64,000 bases of DNA from Octopus vulgaris (GCA_951406725.2 OX597833.1:64232001-64296000), one strand, 5' to 3'. Positions 13,475 to 27,464 are shown, counted from the first letter of the stretch. Notes: generated from the letters alone by a model not told the origin. Numbers and translations are program-made.

Positions 13475-13607
13475 CAATTAAGGACAACTACTTAATAAGG
13501 AAAACTTAAGAAATTGTCAGGTAGATAGCGTGAAAACCTCATAAGAGAATAAATTTCGAAAATAATTATTTCTTATTGAACATATTAATTTATATATAGA
13601 GGGCATT

Positions 13608-13641
<34 letters not shown>

Positions 13642-13674
13642 CCATGTATGTATGTATGTATGTATGTATGTATG

Positions 13675-13732
<58 letters not shown>

Positions 13733-13734
<2 letters not shown>

Positions 13735-13882
13735 AAGATACGATGAAACATTTACCTAAAACTAAATGAAGTACTACATAATAAATAAATAGTATATAAT
13801 TAGTATATAATTTGTAATTATATACTATTCATTTATTATTTAGTACTTTATTTAGTACTAGGCAAATGTTTTATATCCTTAA
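13733..13882. repeat. Imperfect fold-back palindrome in (TA)n (probable PLE terminus)
   Basis: AAACATTTACCTAAAACTAAATGAAGTACTACATAATAAATAAATAGTATATAATTA versus TAATTATATACTATTCATTTATTATTTAGTACTTTATTTAGTACTAGGCAAATGTTT. Confidence 0.75.
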
Positions 13883-13950
13883 TTTTTTTATATATGATAT
13901 GATTTAAGTATATTATTATTGAATTACTTCGTGGTAGTTCTTCTCTAATT

Positions 13951-13981
<31 letters not shown>

Positions 13982-14162
13982 ATATATATATATGTATATA
14001 TATATATGTATATATATATATGTATGTTTGTATATGTATGTTTGTATATATATATATTTATACATACACTAACATACTCATTTTTTGACTTCTATTTTTC
14101 GTACATGTACCACCAAACTTCTCGTGTATGAATGAATATGTGTGTGTGCGTGTGTGGCGTTT

Positions 14163-14540
<378 letters not shown>

Positions 14541-14640
14541 AAGAAATGAATATGCTAACAATTGCATGGAAACTGTATAGCAGATATACAACCAGACCTA
14601 ATTTAGCCATTCCTCTGTAGATTGGAAGATATGACAACCA

Positions 14641-14685
14641 ACCTCAATCGATTTTCGAATCTTATTGGATTCTCATCAGTGGTGT
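14641..14685 (-). ncRNA. Hammerhead motif, probably inactive (G at cleavage position)
   Basis: Minus strand ACACCA-CTGATGA-GAATC-caataa-GATTC-GAAA-ATCGAT-TG-AGGT; perfect stem II and palindromic stem III AATCGATT. Confidence 0.6.
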
Positions 14686-14725
14686 CTATATCAATTTGAC
14701 CAACATCTATATGTATATACATAGG

Positions 14726-14760
<35 letters not shown>

Positions 14761-15114
14761 ATGTGTGTGTATGTGTGTGTATGTGTGTGTGTATGTGTGT
14801 GTATGTGTATGTATGTATGTATATATATATGTATATATATATGTATATATATATATATTTATATATATATATGTCTATATATATATAAGTATATATATGT
14901 ATATATATATGTATGTAGATATATGTATGTATATGTATATATATATATATATATGTGTGTGTGTATATATATGTGTATATATATGCATATATAATATATA
15001 TATACACACATACATATATATATACATATATATATATACATATATATATATATGAATACATGCACACGCACACACATGTAGATATATGTGTGTGTGTATA
15101 TATGAATGTATATA

Positions 15115-15210
<96 letters not shown>

Positions 15211-15229
15211 ATATATATGTGTATATAAA

Positions 15230-15265
<36 letters not shown>

Positions 15266-15477
15266 TCTTTCTCTTTGAATGAATGTGTGTGTGTATCCAT
15301 GGATTTTAATGCATGTATGTCTGCATCTATGAGCAGATTAACGATGGTGAATAAGACAAAAGGAATTCATCGGAGGATGAATCCCAGCAAATTATAACAG
15401 AAGATGAAAGAGATGAGAGAACAAGAGAGCAGAAGGAGGAGAAGGAAAACGAACGGAGACGGAGGCAATGAAATATC

Positions 15478-15540
<63 letters not shown>

Positions 15541-15549
15541 GGATGGATG

Positions 15550-15597
<48 letters not shown>

Positions 15598-15718
15598 GAT
15601 GGATGGATGGATGGATAGATAGATGGATGGATAGATAGACAGATAGATAGATAGATAGATAGATGGATGGATGGATGGATAGATAGACAGATAGATATAT
15701 ATATATATATATATATAT

Positions 15719-15795
<77 letters not shown>

Positions 15796-15800
15796 GGGAG
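15478..15800. repeat. (GATA/GGAT)n microsatellite
   Basis: Direct reading. Confidence 0.95.
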
Positions 15801-16221
15801 ATAGAGGGAGATAGAGTGAGAGGGAGAGTGAAGAAGCAGAATTGAAATGAGAAGAGGAGAAGAAGAAGAAGAAGAAGAGGGTAGGAGAAAAGAAGAAAAG
15901 GTAGGGAGTAGCGTTGAGAGAGAAAGAATGGAAAAGTCAACGTAGGGCGAGTTGGAAAATTACAGAGGAATCATTGCGGTTCTTTGTTCTTTTATATTGC
16001 AGTTATTCTCTGAGACTATTGCATAGCAGCAATACATCTGCAGCTACAACACCGTGCCTCTTGCTGAGTAGCGCTGCAGTCATGTGACACACTTGCTGCA
16101 TCTGATCAACAACATAAAAAGAAGTTCCGACATCAAAGACCATTGAAAATATCAGAAGAATTTGTTTTTGCTATTGTGCCACCTTGTATGTATGAAGTGT
16201 ATGTGTGTACATATCTATATG

Positions 16222-16270
<49 letters not shown>

Positions 16271-16499
16271 TTGTATATGTGTGTGTGTGTGTCTATGTCT
16301 GCGTGTATATACGTATATATATATATATATATATCATGTAAATGTAGGTTCACAGACACATGTAGAGATATGCGTGTATGTATATGTATACATGCATGCA
16401 TATATATACACACACACTCATATATATATACATGTACATAGGCATATATACAAAAACATGCACACATATATATATGCACATATGCATACCTACTTACAC

Positions 16500-16586
<87 letters not shown>

Positions 16587-17472
16587 AGTATATATTTATG
16601 TATATATATATTGATTTCTAGCTCTGGCCTAATGACACATATTCCTACATTTGTTGTAAGGCGTGAAGTATTACACCATTAAATCGATGCCATTAATTGA
16701 CTATTCTGTGTCTACTTCATCAACCCCCGCAGGGATGAAATGCAAAGTGGCACAGGCTGGGATTTGAACTTCAAACATAAGTCGATGTAATTAAATATAC
16801 ACCGACCGCAAGGCAGCAGCGATCGATAACACACTTTTGTATTTTTTTACAAATGACAGATATAAAACACTCAACATCATATATATACATATATGTATAT
16901 ACATATATATGTTTATACATACACACACAAACACGCATATATATATATATATACATATGATTAAATGACACCCTTAAAAACGATGCTCCAGCATGGCTAG
17001 GGAGCAATGATTGAAAACACAACGCATGCGCACACATGTACATATACATATCAACTAATACACTTGCAAATGCATAGCCTGGTGTAGATCTCAATATACG
17101 TATGGTCCAAAAGAAAATGTGATATTATTATCGTGTGCTAATAAGAAGAATGACATGATATTAGAAAACAACGTTTCTCCTGAGATCTGGTAGACTCTTA
17201 GTTGAGTCCTTGCGTAACGTCCTATGGCTTCATCAGAGCCTTGAATATAAAGTACACTTTATTTGGGAAAGATGCATTTTCAGAACATACAGGCGTTAGG
17301 GGTAAAGGGAATTTAATTGTGATGCCTATGGATTGATTTGTCTAAATGTAGCAAAAGGTAGGACAGACATTAACTTCCATAGACGATAAGTTCCTCACCC
17401 TTAACGACTCTATGTTCTGAAAAGGAAACTTTCTCAAATGAAGTGTACTTCATATTCGTGGCGCTGATAAAG

Positions 17473-17628
17473 CAGACCTTTCTGAAGTACCAAGTGTTAT
17501 TCATACAAAATTTCCTGCAACGGTCAAGGTTTTAGGGCTTGTCAGCAATGAAGGACATATAATATCTCCTTACTTCTTTCCACAAGGCCTTAGAGTTAAC
17601 TATACCGCCTACACTGAAGTTCTGGATA
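17473..17628 (+). pseudogene. maT/DD37D-type Tc1-mariner transposase fragment
   Basis: ADLSEVPSVIHTKFPATVKVLGLVSNEGHIISPYFFPQGLRVNYTAYTEVLD; nucleotide match to 21284-21430. Confidence 0.75.
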
Positions 17629-18195
17629 TATAAATATATATATGTACAGAAATAAAAAGATAATGGTGGTTTACGATTGATATATGTATATTTATTAATA
17701 TAATTTCAGTAATACTAAAACTCTAGGGATGTTTGTCTCTACTAGAAATATCTCAGAAACATTATATTTTATCTGAATGCTTTATGCATATTTATTTTCA
17801 TACTTACCTTTGGCAGTGCAGTACAAATTTCTGTGATATTTAGACCTCTATTTAAACGATGAAACACATTTTTTTTTGTTATTTCTTGATGAAGAAAATC
17901 ATGGCTGCCGTGATGTCAACACACATACACACATACAGAATACATACACATATAATGAATGTCATGGACTGTCAATCAGCACAAATATTCTTCGCGCTCT
18001 CTAAAATGGAAAAAAAAACGTCGTATATTTGACGTACACAATAATTTAATCATTTAGGAATATTTTTAACTAAATGTGTTTCATCAGACGGTGTTCGTTA
18101 ATTTCGTAAATTTTTTTTAGTTATCTGCTCTTCTTTTAAATTGAGAGGAGAAAGTTAAAGATGTATATACACATATATGAAATTAACGTGTGTGT

Positions 18196-18231
<36 letters not shown>

Positions 18232-18839
18232 GAGAGAGAGAGAAAAAGTGAGAGAAAGAGAGAGTGAGTGAAGGGGTTTGTTATGCATACATACACACAT
18301 CAATACATATGCGTACGTCTTTTTTGTATGTACGTGTGCATGTGTGTGTGTGAGTCAGAGAGTGAGTGAACGTGTTTGTTCCCACATATGTATAAGTGAC
18401 AGCCTCTCTCTCTCTCACACACACACACACGTCCATTTCATATACACGTTCATACATATCTCACTTTCTCCTCTCTTTCACTTTAAAACAAAAGTAACAG
18501 GTGATTTTGAGGATAAAAATTGTTTAAAAAACGCTTCTACTCATGTCAAAGTCAAATTCGCACAGAAAAGTTTTCAGAATTGCCGATATGGCCAAGAGAT
18601 AAATGTTTTCAATTTAGTTGTATTTAGCATAATTTCACTTACTTACGATAAGATTTTATTAAATATTCATTAAATATAAGAACTCATTTCTTCTGTAAAT
18701 CCTATTCTGACATTAAACGAGTCGGATTCCGGTACGAATGTTTACTTACAGTAACTCTCTAAGAAAAGAACAAACGTCGACAGATTCAATTAAATAAGTC
18801 CAGGAGACAGGTTAAATATATATAAATGCATAAATATCA

Positions 18840-18912
18840 TGAATTCCTATTCTAAAAACTGGCAAACAATTCCGTGAATACTTTACCGGGCAACGCCGAG
18901 TAGTAAATCTAG
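18840..18912 (+). mobile_element. Helitron-like 3' terminus
   Basis: GC hairpin ACCGGGCAACGCCGAGT about 8 nt upstream of CTAG (18909-18912), followed by T. This is the established Helitron 3' signature; the 5' end is not located. Confidence 0.55.
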
Positions 18913-19370
18913 TACTATATTATCTTCATAATATAACATAATATATTATAATGATTATATAATATTATGTTAATAGATTAAAATATGTCAGTCATAAATC
19001 TCCATTTTCTTTCCATTATTGTATATTGAAAATATACACGTTTAAATTGTGGAAAAGCTTAGCTCTGCCATAAATGGGTATAAAATCGCCAGACCACAGA
19101 ACAATTGAATGTTCCCATCGCTATAAAGGAAATTGTCTTCCTTATATTTGATTCTAATTTACACTCACACACACACATATATATATACATACTTACATAC
19201 ATACACACACGCGCGCACAAACATATATTTGTGCTGTAGGCTCCAATGCATTCACTCATGAATGCTTGTATATCACCCAATAACTTCATTGGATCTTCAA
19301 ACATGAGGTCCAACATTATTTGGGAGAGCATTTACATTTACATTTATATATATATATATATATATACACC

Positions 19371-19429
<59 letters not shown>

Positions 19430-19445
19430 GCCTATATGTATATAT

Positions 19446-19725
19446 CACACGTGATCACGTGACCGACCAGTCCATCAGATGTAGTTACACATCGCTGGTC
19501 ACAATGACGCCACCCCGCTGGCTAAGCGTGCAGGCCAACATAAGAAAGAGTGGGAGAAAGAGTGCTGAAAGAGTACAGCAGGGATCACCCCCCCCCTGCC
19601 GGAGCCTCGTGGATCTTTTAGGTGTTTTCGCTCAATAAACACTCACAGCGCCCGGTCTGGGAATCGAAACCGCGATCCTACGACCGCGAGTCCGCTGCCC
19701 TAACCATTGGGCCATTGCGCCTCCA
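19446..19725 (-). mobile_element. SINE family C head with GGTCACGTGAT-type tail
   Basis: Head nearly identical to 10790-10945; tail CATTGTGACCAGCGATGTGTAACTACATCTGATGGACTGGTCGGTCACGTGAT is shared with family D copies. Confidence 0.88.
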
Positions 19726-20276
19726 CATATGTGTATATATACATATATATTTATATACATATACGTATATATGTATATGTGTGTGTATATATAGACACAA
19801 AAGCATTACCACTATGTGTCTATATGATTGCGTTTTAGTATACATGAGTGCGTATATATAGGTGTGTGCGTGTGCGTGTTTGTGTGTGTGTGTGTGTGTC
19901 TGAGTGCGTATTTGTGTGTACTTGTGTGTATTTAGTGTGTGTAGTGGATTCCTGTTCACCTAATCTGTTTTCGTTCTTCCTAATTGTATCTATCAATACA
20001 TTTTCAGTAAATTTCACTTGTAAATTGAAGTCCTGCGACTTTTCTCATACACTTCATATAAAGATATTTACAAAACTATTGAAATGACATTTGAAAAAAT
20101 ATATATATATATATAAAAAAGAAATTGAAAAATCAATGAATATTCGATTTGTTTGCGTCTTTCGTTTATTGGAAATCATTTCAACCTGGAAATTCTGTTA
20201 TTTTTAGCTCTCAAAATAAATTCTCCAAAAAGGACTGACGTATGTACAGTCGATAGTCATAAGTCTAAGTAAGTGC

Positions 20277-20673
<397 letters not shown>

Positions 20674-20771
20674 TACATACATACATACATACATACATAC
20701 ATACATACACACAATCATAAATGTACATGTGAGTTCGTGTCAGTATGCATGCGTATTGTATATATATATAT

Positions 20772-21597
20772 ACTGCGCAAGTTATTTGAGGACGTACATT
20801 TTTATAATCATTGTTACATTTTTTGCTAACCCTGTATAATCTTTGTTTCAGAAAATAATAATAGCAGACCCTCCCCTTATTCAAGCAATGAAGAGGCATG
20901 CTCTTAATGTGGTTATAAAGGCTGAGTATAGAGATTTAGAAATATTTCGATTTATAAAAGTTGCCAGATCTTTCGTTTACAAAGTTTGTAAGGAACTACA
21001 GGCTGAAGATGGAAACGTATCACCAGTATCAAAGCATAAAAAGCATTCTAAACGCTCTGAAATCATCAGAAGACTTGAATTTATCCATTAAGTTCAACAG
21101 ACCATTGATTACAATCCCAGAAAATCTATGAGGTCAATTGCAAAAGATCTCCATGCGTCAGAAAGAACAGTCAGAAATGTTGTCCACAAAGACATCAGAT
21201 ATGTCGTATATGATTAGTAAAGCTAATTTGTCAGAAAAAGCCAAGATCAAAAAGGTAACAGAAGAAATGGCAGATGGTCAAATGCAGACCCTTCTCAGGT
21301 ACCTAGCGTTATGCATACAAAATTTCCTGCAACGGTCATGGTTTTAGGAGTTGTCAGCAATGAAAGAGATCTAATGCCTCCTTACTTCTTTCCATAAGGC
21401 CTTAGAGTTAAGTCTGCATTGAGGTCCTGAAAATCATTGTTAAGCGTATGCAATGGAAGGCCATATGTGTTTCAGTAAGGCTCTACCTTCTCACACATGG
21501 CTCTAGTAACACAGGAATGGATGGCTGAAATTTTTCCTGATCACATAACCCCTAACATTTGGCCTCCTAATTCCCCAGATCTTGATCCATTTGGGTT
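20772..21597 (+). pseudogene. Decayed maT/DD37D Tc1-mariner transposon (degenerate 5' TIR and transposase)
   Basis: MKRHALNVVIKAEY...KVARSFVYKV...NPRKSMRSIAKDLHASERTVRNVVHKDIRY (HTH), TKFPATVMVLGVVSNE, WPPNSPDLDP; the 5' end resembles the TIR seen at 50921-50966. Confidence 0.85.
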
Positions 21598-21624
21598 ATT
21601 TTATATCACTGGCTTATCAGGTTG

Positions 21625-21835
21625 TGGGCTGATACAATCGTTGGCATGCCAGAAGAAAAAAACGCTTAGTACCATTTTGTCCGCCTTTGTGGTCGGTGTT
21701 CAAATTACGCTGAGGTTGATTTTAGCTTCCATTCTTTCGCGGTGGATAAAATAGTGCCAGTTGCGCACTGGTGTTTTTGTAATAGACTTAGATACTACCT
21801 TGAAATTGCTGGTGTTCTGCCAAAATTTAAAACCG
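21625..21835 (+). mobile_element. Old degenerate SINE family B
   Basis: GGGCTGATACAATCGTTGGCATGCC...GTTCAAATTACGCTGAGGTTGATTTTAGCTTCCATTCTTTCG. Confidence 0.6.
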
Positions 21836-22107
21836 GGTTATAAGCCGAAGGAATTTACAGCAAAAACAGATCGATTTCCAAAAGAAATAAGTTCAGGTTA
21901 AGAAATATCAAAAATCCTATTTGCAAATCAGGAATTGTAGATTTTTTGCAAACCAGGATTTTTGTTTGTGTGTGTGAAACCCCCATGTTGTCTTCGAAAT
22001 TGCGCAAAAATCCAGAGAATTTCGATGACGTTATGTGACGAATGTCTTCTGCAAAATTCAAATGAGAAATCTAGTTGTTTTGAACTAATATTAAAGTTAC
22101 TGTTAGG

Positions 22108-22755
22108 GTAGCGAGCTGGTAAAATCGTTAGGACGCCGGGCGAAATGCTGAGCGGTATTTCGTTTGCAGCTACGTTCTGAGTTCAAATTCCGCCGAGGTC
22201 GACTTTGCCATTTATCCTTTCGGGATCGATAAATTACGTATCAGTTACGCACTGGGGTCGATATAATCGACTTAATCCGTTTGTCTGTCCTTGTTTGTCC
22301 CCTCTGTGTTTAGCCTCTTGTGTGTAGTAAAGAAATAAGTATTTCGCCTGCAGTTATGTTTGTGTTCAAATTCCACCGAGGTCGACTATACCTTTCATCC
22401 TTTCGGGGTCCATTAACTAAGGACAAGTTACTCACTGGGGTCGATATAATCGACTTAATTTCTTTGTCTATCCTTATTTGCCCCGCGATGTTTAGCTCCT
22501 AATGGATAATAAATAAATAAATATTAAGGTTACTATTAAGTCTCTGGGCTAGAAGAATCGTTGACATTCCGGACAAAATACTTAGCGACATTCCGTCCAT
22601 GTTCCCATTCTGAGTTCGCATTACTCCGGGGTCAACAAAGTAAGTACCAGTTGCTCTGAGTTCGAATACCGCCGGTATCAATGAAATATGTGCCAGTTAT
22701 CAACTCACCACCACTCCACCTCGAAATTGCCGGCCTTGTGCCAAATTTTGAAACC
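22108..22755 (+). mobile_element. SINE family B dimer plus adjacent degenerate copy
   Basis: Two bodies joined at AAAGAAATAAGTATTTCG (22108-22500); a further decayed copy at 22540-22755. Confidence 0.85.
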
Positions 22756-23388
22756 AAAATATTAAAGTCATTCTTAGGTTATGAACGAAATAAGTACGAG
22801 TAAATATACTTGATTCACTTGTTAAATTTAACCCGTGGCTTCCAGTGCTTCCATTTCAACGAATAACAACAAATACATCCTTCTTGCCGTCAGTACTTTA
22901 TTATAATGGCAATTAAAGTGACGATGAAAGGCGATTGCAGGTTATCAACGATCTATTAAAACGGATAACCGGCCTTTGTAGTTTATGCTTCTCTGTTATT
23001 CTGAACAATTGTTTCCTCTAATTACGAATGACTTGCAGGTAAACGGATACTGGTCTTACTTATTATTACAAGCCATCAATCCATCGCCAACACGACAGAA
23101 GCGAATGAAATATGGACTCGGGTTTAAATGATATCAGAAATCTTTTGCGCGTTAGCATTCTCATTCGCTCCAGCTATTGATTATTAATTTTCTTTTATAT
23201 AAGATTGTGCATCGAGTCATTTTCCTCGAATCAAAAAAGATTTCCGAGGACGATTTGCGCATGACCAGCAAATAAGCCGAGGTAACTTTTTCAACGTTAA
23301 AATCTAATACCAAACTTTTGGCTTATATGCTGGCATTTTGGGCGTATATATATACATATATAGATACATATACCTATATATATATATA

Positions 23389-23933
23389 CAGGGTGTCCAC
23401 AAAGTCTGGGAACATGGAATACATAAAATCATAACATAGGCGCAGGAGTGGCTGTGTGGTAAGTAGCTTGCTAAGCAACCACATGGTTCTGGGTTCAGTC
23501 CCACTGCGTGGTATCTTGGGCAAGTGTCTTCTGCTATAGCCCTGGGCCGACCAATGCCTTGTGAGTGGATTTGGTAGACGGAAACTGAAAGAAGCCTGTC
23601 GTATATATGTATATATATATGTATATGAATGTGTGTGTCTGTGTTTGTCCCCCTAGCATTGCTTGACAACCGATGCTGGTGTGTTTACGTCCCCGTCACT
23701 TAGCGGTTCGGCAAAAAGAGACCGATAGAATAAGTACTGGGCTTACAAAGAATAAGTCCCGGGGTCGATTTGCTCGACTAAAGGCGGTGCTCCAGCATGG
23801 CCGCAGTCAACTGACTGAAACAAATAAAGGTAAGGAAAGGAAAAGGAAAGGAAATAAAGAATTAAATATAAGAAATAATAATTTCTTAAAGTATGTGTTA
23901 ATCCCCATGATCCCAGACTTTGTGGATACCCTG
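23389..23933. mobile_element. Tc1/mariner MITE (TIR CAGGGTGTCCACAAAGTCTGGGA, TA TSD) interrupted by SINE A
   Basis: TA-CAGGGTGTCCACAAAGTCTGGGAACATGG at 23387; CCATGATCCCAGACTTTGTGGATACCCTG-TA ending at 23935. Confidence 0.85.
23439..23830 (+). mobile_element. Full-length SINE family A
   Basis: GGCGCAGGAGTGGCTGTGTGGTAAGTAGCTTGC...GGTTCAGTCCCACTGCG...CTTGGGCAAGTGTCTT...CAGCATGGCCGCAGTCAACTGACTGAAAC. Confidence 0.95.
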
Positions 23934-23960
23934 TATATATATACACACATATATATATAA

Positions 23961-23996
<36 letters not shown>

Positions 23997-24065
23997 ATGG
24001 CCGCGTGTGTATCATTGGCGATTTTTTCCTCCGTCTTCCCTTCCTTGGACCTTTCCTTTTTCTAT

Positions 24066-24100
24066 GTTTCTGACGAAGAGCTCCGCTCGAAACGTTAAAT
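24066..24100 (+). ncRNA. Minimal type I hammerhead ribozyme motif, canonical core
   Basis: GTTT-CTGACGA-A-GAGC-tcc-GCTC-GAAA-CG-TT-AAAT, inside a ~205-bp insert (23997-24203) between (TG)n and (TA)n. Confidence 0.75.
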
Positions 24101-24305
24101 CCTCCTCCTTTCTTTCCTTTACTCAGCGTCCAATAACACTAGACATGTTCCACGCCCTCGCGTTGTTGTGTTTTCTCTTCGTGTTTTCATGTTTGGATTA
24201 ACTTTATATATATATATATGTATATATATACATATAGTTCTTGACATCCGCCCATCACACCGCTGGCATGTGAAGTTTTTGATGATTTGCTTAACGGGAA
24301 AAGTA

Positions 24306-24501
24306 TATGTTTGTGTGTCTGTATTTGTCCCCCCAATATCGCTTGACAACCGATGATGGTGTGTTTACGTCCCCGTAACTTAGCGGTTCGGTAAAAGAGA
24401 CCGATAGCATAAGTACTAATCTTACAAAGAATAAGTCCTGGGGTCGATTTGCTCGACTAAAGGCGGTACTTTAAATGACTGAAACAAGTAAAAGAGTAAA
24501 A
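24306..24501 (+). mobile_element. SINE family A 3' half
   Basis: Match to the family A body and tail. Confidence 0.88.
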
Positions 24502-24538
24502 GGCATATATATATAGGGAGATAGATAGATTGATACAT

Positions 24539-24588
<50 letters not shown>

Positions 24589-24774
24589 ATAGATAGATAG
24601 ATACATACATGTCTGTGTGTACATGTTTATAAGAATATGTGAGAATGATCAATCTATCTACATATGTATGTATGCGTGATGCGAACTACTTATTTAAGCT
24701 GGTGTTAATCATAGTTTTCCCTAAGTAAGTGTATACATATACATACCCGTACACACAAACACACACAGACATGT

Positions 24775-24903
<129 letters not shown>

Positions 24904-25050
24904 CAATAAGAGGCTTCCGAATAAGAAAGCCTTGTGCTAGAAAGAGCAGTAGAAAACTCAAAACCACCAAATATTACCCTATTGTTATATATATATATTT
25001 TTCTCTCTCTTTTTTCTCTCCTTCTTTCTCTCCTTGTTTTTTTCTTTGTA

Positions 25051-25088
25051 TCTTTCTGTCGAAGAGCGTAGGCTCGAAACGTAAAAGA
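25051..25088 (+). ncRNA. Minimal type I hammerhead motif, A6U core variant
   Basis: TCTTT-CTGTCGA-A-GAGC-gtag-GCTC-GAAA-CG-TA-AAAGA; perfect stems I and II; in a (TA)n-flanked insert spanning ~24898-25186. Confidence 0.7.
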
Positions 25089-25240
25089 CTTGTTTTATTT
25101 ATATTCCTGAGCGCCATACTGATACATTTGTTTGTTTGTACTCCACCTGCCTTCGTCTTTTGTTTATTTTCGTAAACCTTTCCGTTATATAAATATATAT
25201 ATATATATATATATACGGAGTGTGTTTGTGCGTGAGTGTA

Positions 25241-25293
<53 letters not shown>

Positions 25294-26046
25294 GGGAAGA
25301 GGGAAGAGTAAGGAAGAGAAGCAGAGATGGACAGAGAGAAATTTGAAGTAAGACATGCATGGTAGTATGGTACGAACAAGCGTGAGAGAGAGAGAGAGAG
25401 AGAGAGATAGAGAGAGAGACAAGGAGAAAGACAGAGAGAGATAGAGAGAGACAGAGAGAAAGATAGAGAGATAGAGAGAGGGAGAATGAGTGAAAAAGAC
25501 AGAAAATAGACAGAGGCCTGTGTCATGTGTTTATGCGTGGAGTGCTTTCTCTTGCGTGATGTATGTGATGTGTATATACTCTGTATGTATGTGTGTGCGT
25601 GTGTATGCGTGTGTGTGTATATGTGTGTGTGTATGGTGTTGTGTGTGTTTGCGTAGGTCATTACATGTGAATATTTCGCGTTTGGTTTCTGTGTGTGTGT
25701 GACTCGGTCGTGTGTGTCACGTCGCGTATTTTATTGGGTGTTCGATGTTGAGTATATATTCTGTGTTGTATGTCAACGGATACTCATATCTGAGTGAGTG
25801 CACGGATGTGCAGCTGCATTTTGACTTTGCATTTATAAACATTGCGTGTGTGACAGAGTGAAAAATGAGGGAAAGAGAGAGAAACAGAGAGAATTATTGT
25901 TTATGCAAACATACATACATGTATATAAAGTGCATAGTGACACACACATCTGTATACAAACACACGTACACATATACACACATGTATACATATAACTAAA
26001 TAGACATAAGTACATAAACATCTATGTGTGTATATATATATATATA

Positions 26047-26146
26047 CAATCGGTTAGCGCGCTGTACTTATAGACAGTACCTTCTTTGTGTTGTTCACAA
26101 AATAGGAGATATGCGGAGGTTGTGAGTTCGAGCCTCACCCAGGGCA
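26047..26146 (+). pseudogene. 5'-truncated intron-containing tRNA-Ile(UAU) pseudogene
   Basis: CAATCGGTTAGCGCGCTGTACT-TAT-A | 38-nt intron 26073-26110 | ATGCGGAGGTTGTGAGTTCGAGCCTCACCCAGGGCA, then TTTTT; matches metazoan tRNA-Ile-TAT architecture but lacks roughly nt 1-12. Confidence 0.85.
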
Positions 26147-26153
26147 GATTTTT

Positions 26154-26298
26154 AAACGGCGGTGCATCAGCATGGCCGCAGCTCTGAGCTGAAACTAGAG
26201 AAAAAAAAAATATATATATATATTTATTTAAGGTAGTGCTCCAGCATGGCCGCAGTCAAAATGACTGAAACAAGTAAAATAGTAAAAGAGTAAAAGAA
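26154..26298 (+). mobile_element. Two SINE-A/LINE-type 3' tails
   Basis: AAACGGCGGTGCATCAGCATGGCCGCAGCTCTGAGCTGAAAC plus A10 (26154-26210), and AAGGTAGTGCTCCAGCATGGCCGCAGTCAAAATGACTGAAAC (26230-26298). Confidence 0.8.
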
Positions 26299-26299
26299 T

Positions 26300-26341
<42 letters not shown>

Positions 26342-26348
26342 TTGTATA

Positions 26349-26792
26349 GGCGCAGGCGTGGCTGTGTGGTAAGAAGCTTGCTTCGGTTAACCACATGGTT
26401 CCGGGTTCAGTCTCACTACGTGGCAACTTGGGAAAGTGTCTTCTACTATAGTCTCTGGCCGACCAAAAAGCCTTGTGAGTGGATTTGGTAGACGGAAACT
26501 GAAAGAAGCCCGTCGTATACATTTATATATATGTATGTGTGTACGTATGTATATTTGTGTGTGTGAGTGTGTATATATGTGTGTGTTTTGTCCATCCTCT
26601 ACCATCGTTTGACAACCGATGCTGGTGTGTTTACGTCCTCGAAGCTTAACGGTTCGGCAAAAGAGATGATAAAACAAGTACTAGACTTACAAAGAATAAA
26701 ATTCCGGGATCGCTTTGCTCGACTAAAGGTGGTGCTCCAGCATGACCGCAGTCAAACGGCTGCAAGAAGTAAATGAAGACAAGAGTAAAAGA
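26349..26792 (+). mobile_element. Full-length SINE family A
   Basis: Head, internal microsatellite and tail all present. Confidence 0.93.
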
Positions 26793-27464
26793 ATGTATAT
26801 AGACAAAACATACGCAAATGTTTACATCATAGACGTATAAACACACAAACATTTAGCAGTAGAGAAGAATATTCTTCTGTGCGGCTGCATACGTACATAC
26901 ACGAATAGATATTCCCCTCACACACACACACACATACATACATGTATTCACATCAACACATACACACACACTCGCTCGGTAAACAGGAAACTGCAGCAGC
27001 TTACGAAGGCGCACCTCGACGTGGTAGCTCGATATGTTAGAAATAGCAGTCGTCTCTCACTGAAATTGCATATTGTCATCTGTAGCCAAAAAACTAAAAA
27101 GAATAACAAACAAATTAAGGGGGAGGAATTGCGCAATGCAGTAAATGGTGTGTGTCAATATGGGTGGTTACACATGGAACGGCTTTGATGATTGGTTTTT
27201 CTTAAATTCGGGCAGACCTGGGGCTAAACAGTATAACAACGTTATAGCTACAGGTTTTGCACAAACACTCAAACACACACACGCACACACACACACACTC
27301 ACACATACGCACACACACACACGCACACACACACACTCACACATACGCACACACACACACATGGACACAGACGCGCGAAGAAGCACATACATAACATAAA
27401 CAAGTTTATATCCACAGAGAGATATTTCTGCTCGCACTTGCATAGATAGCAAGACGCATCAAGT

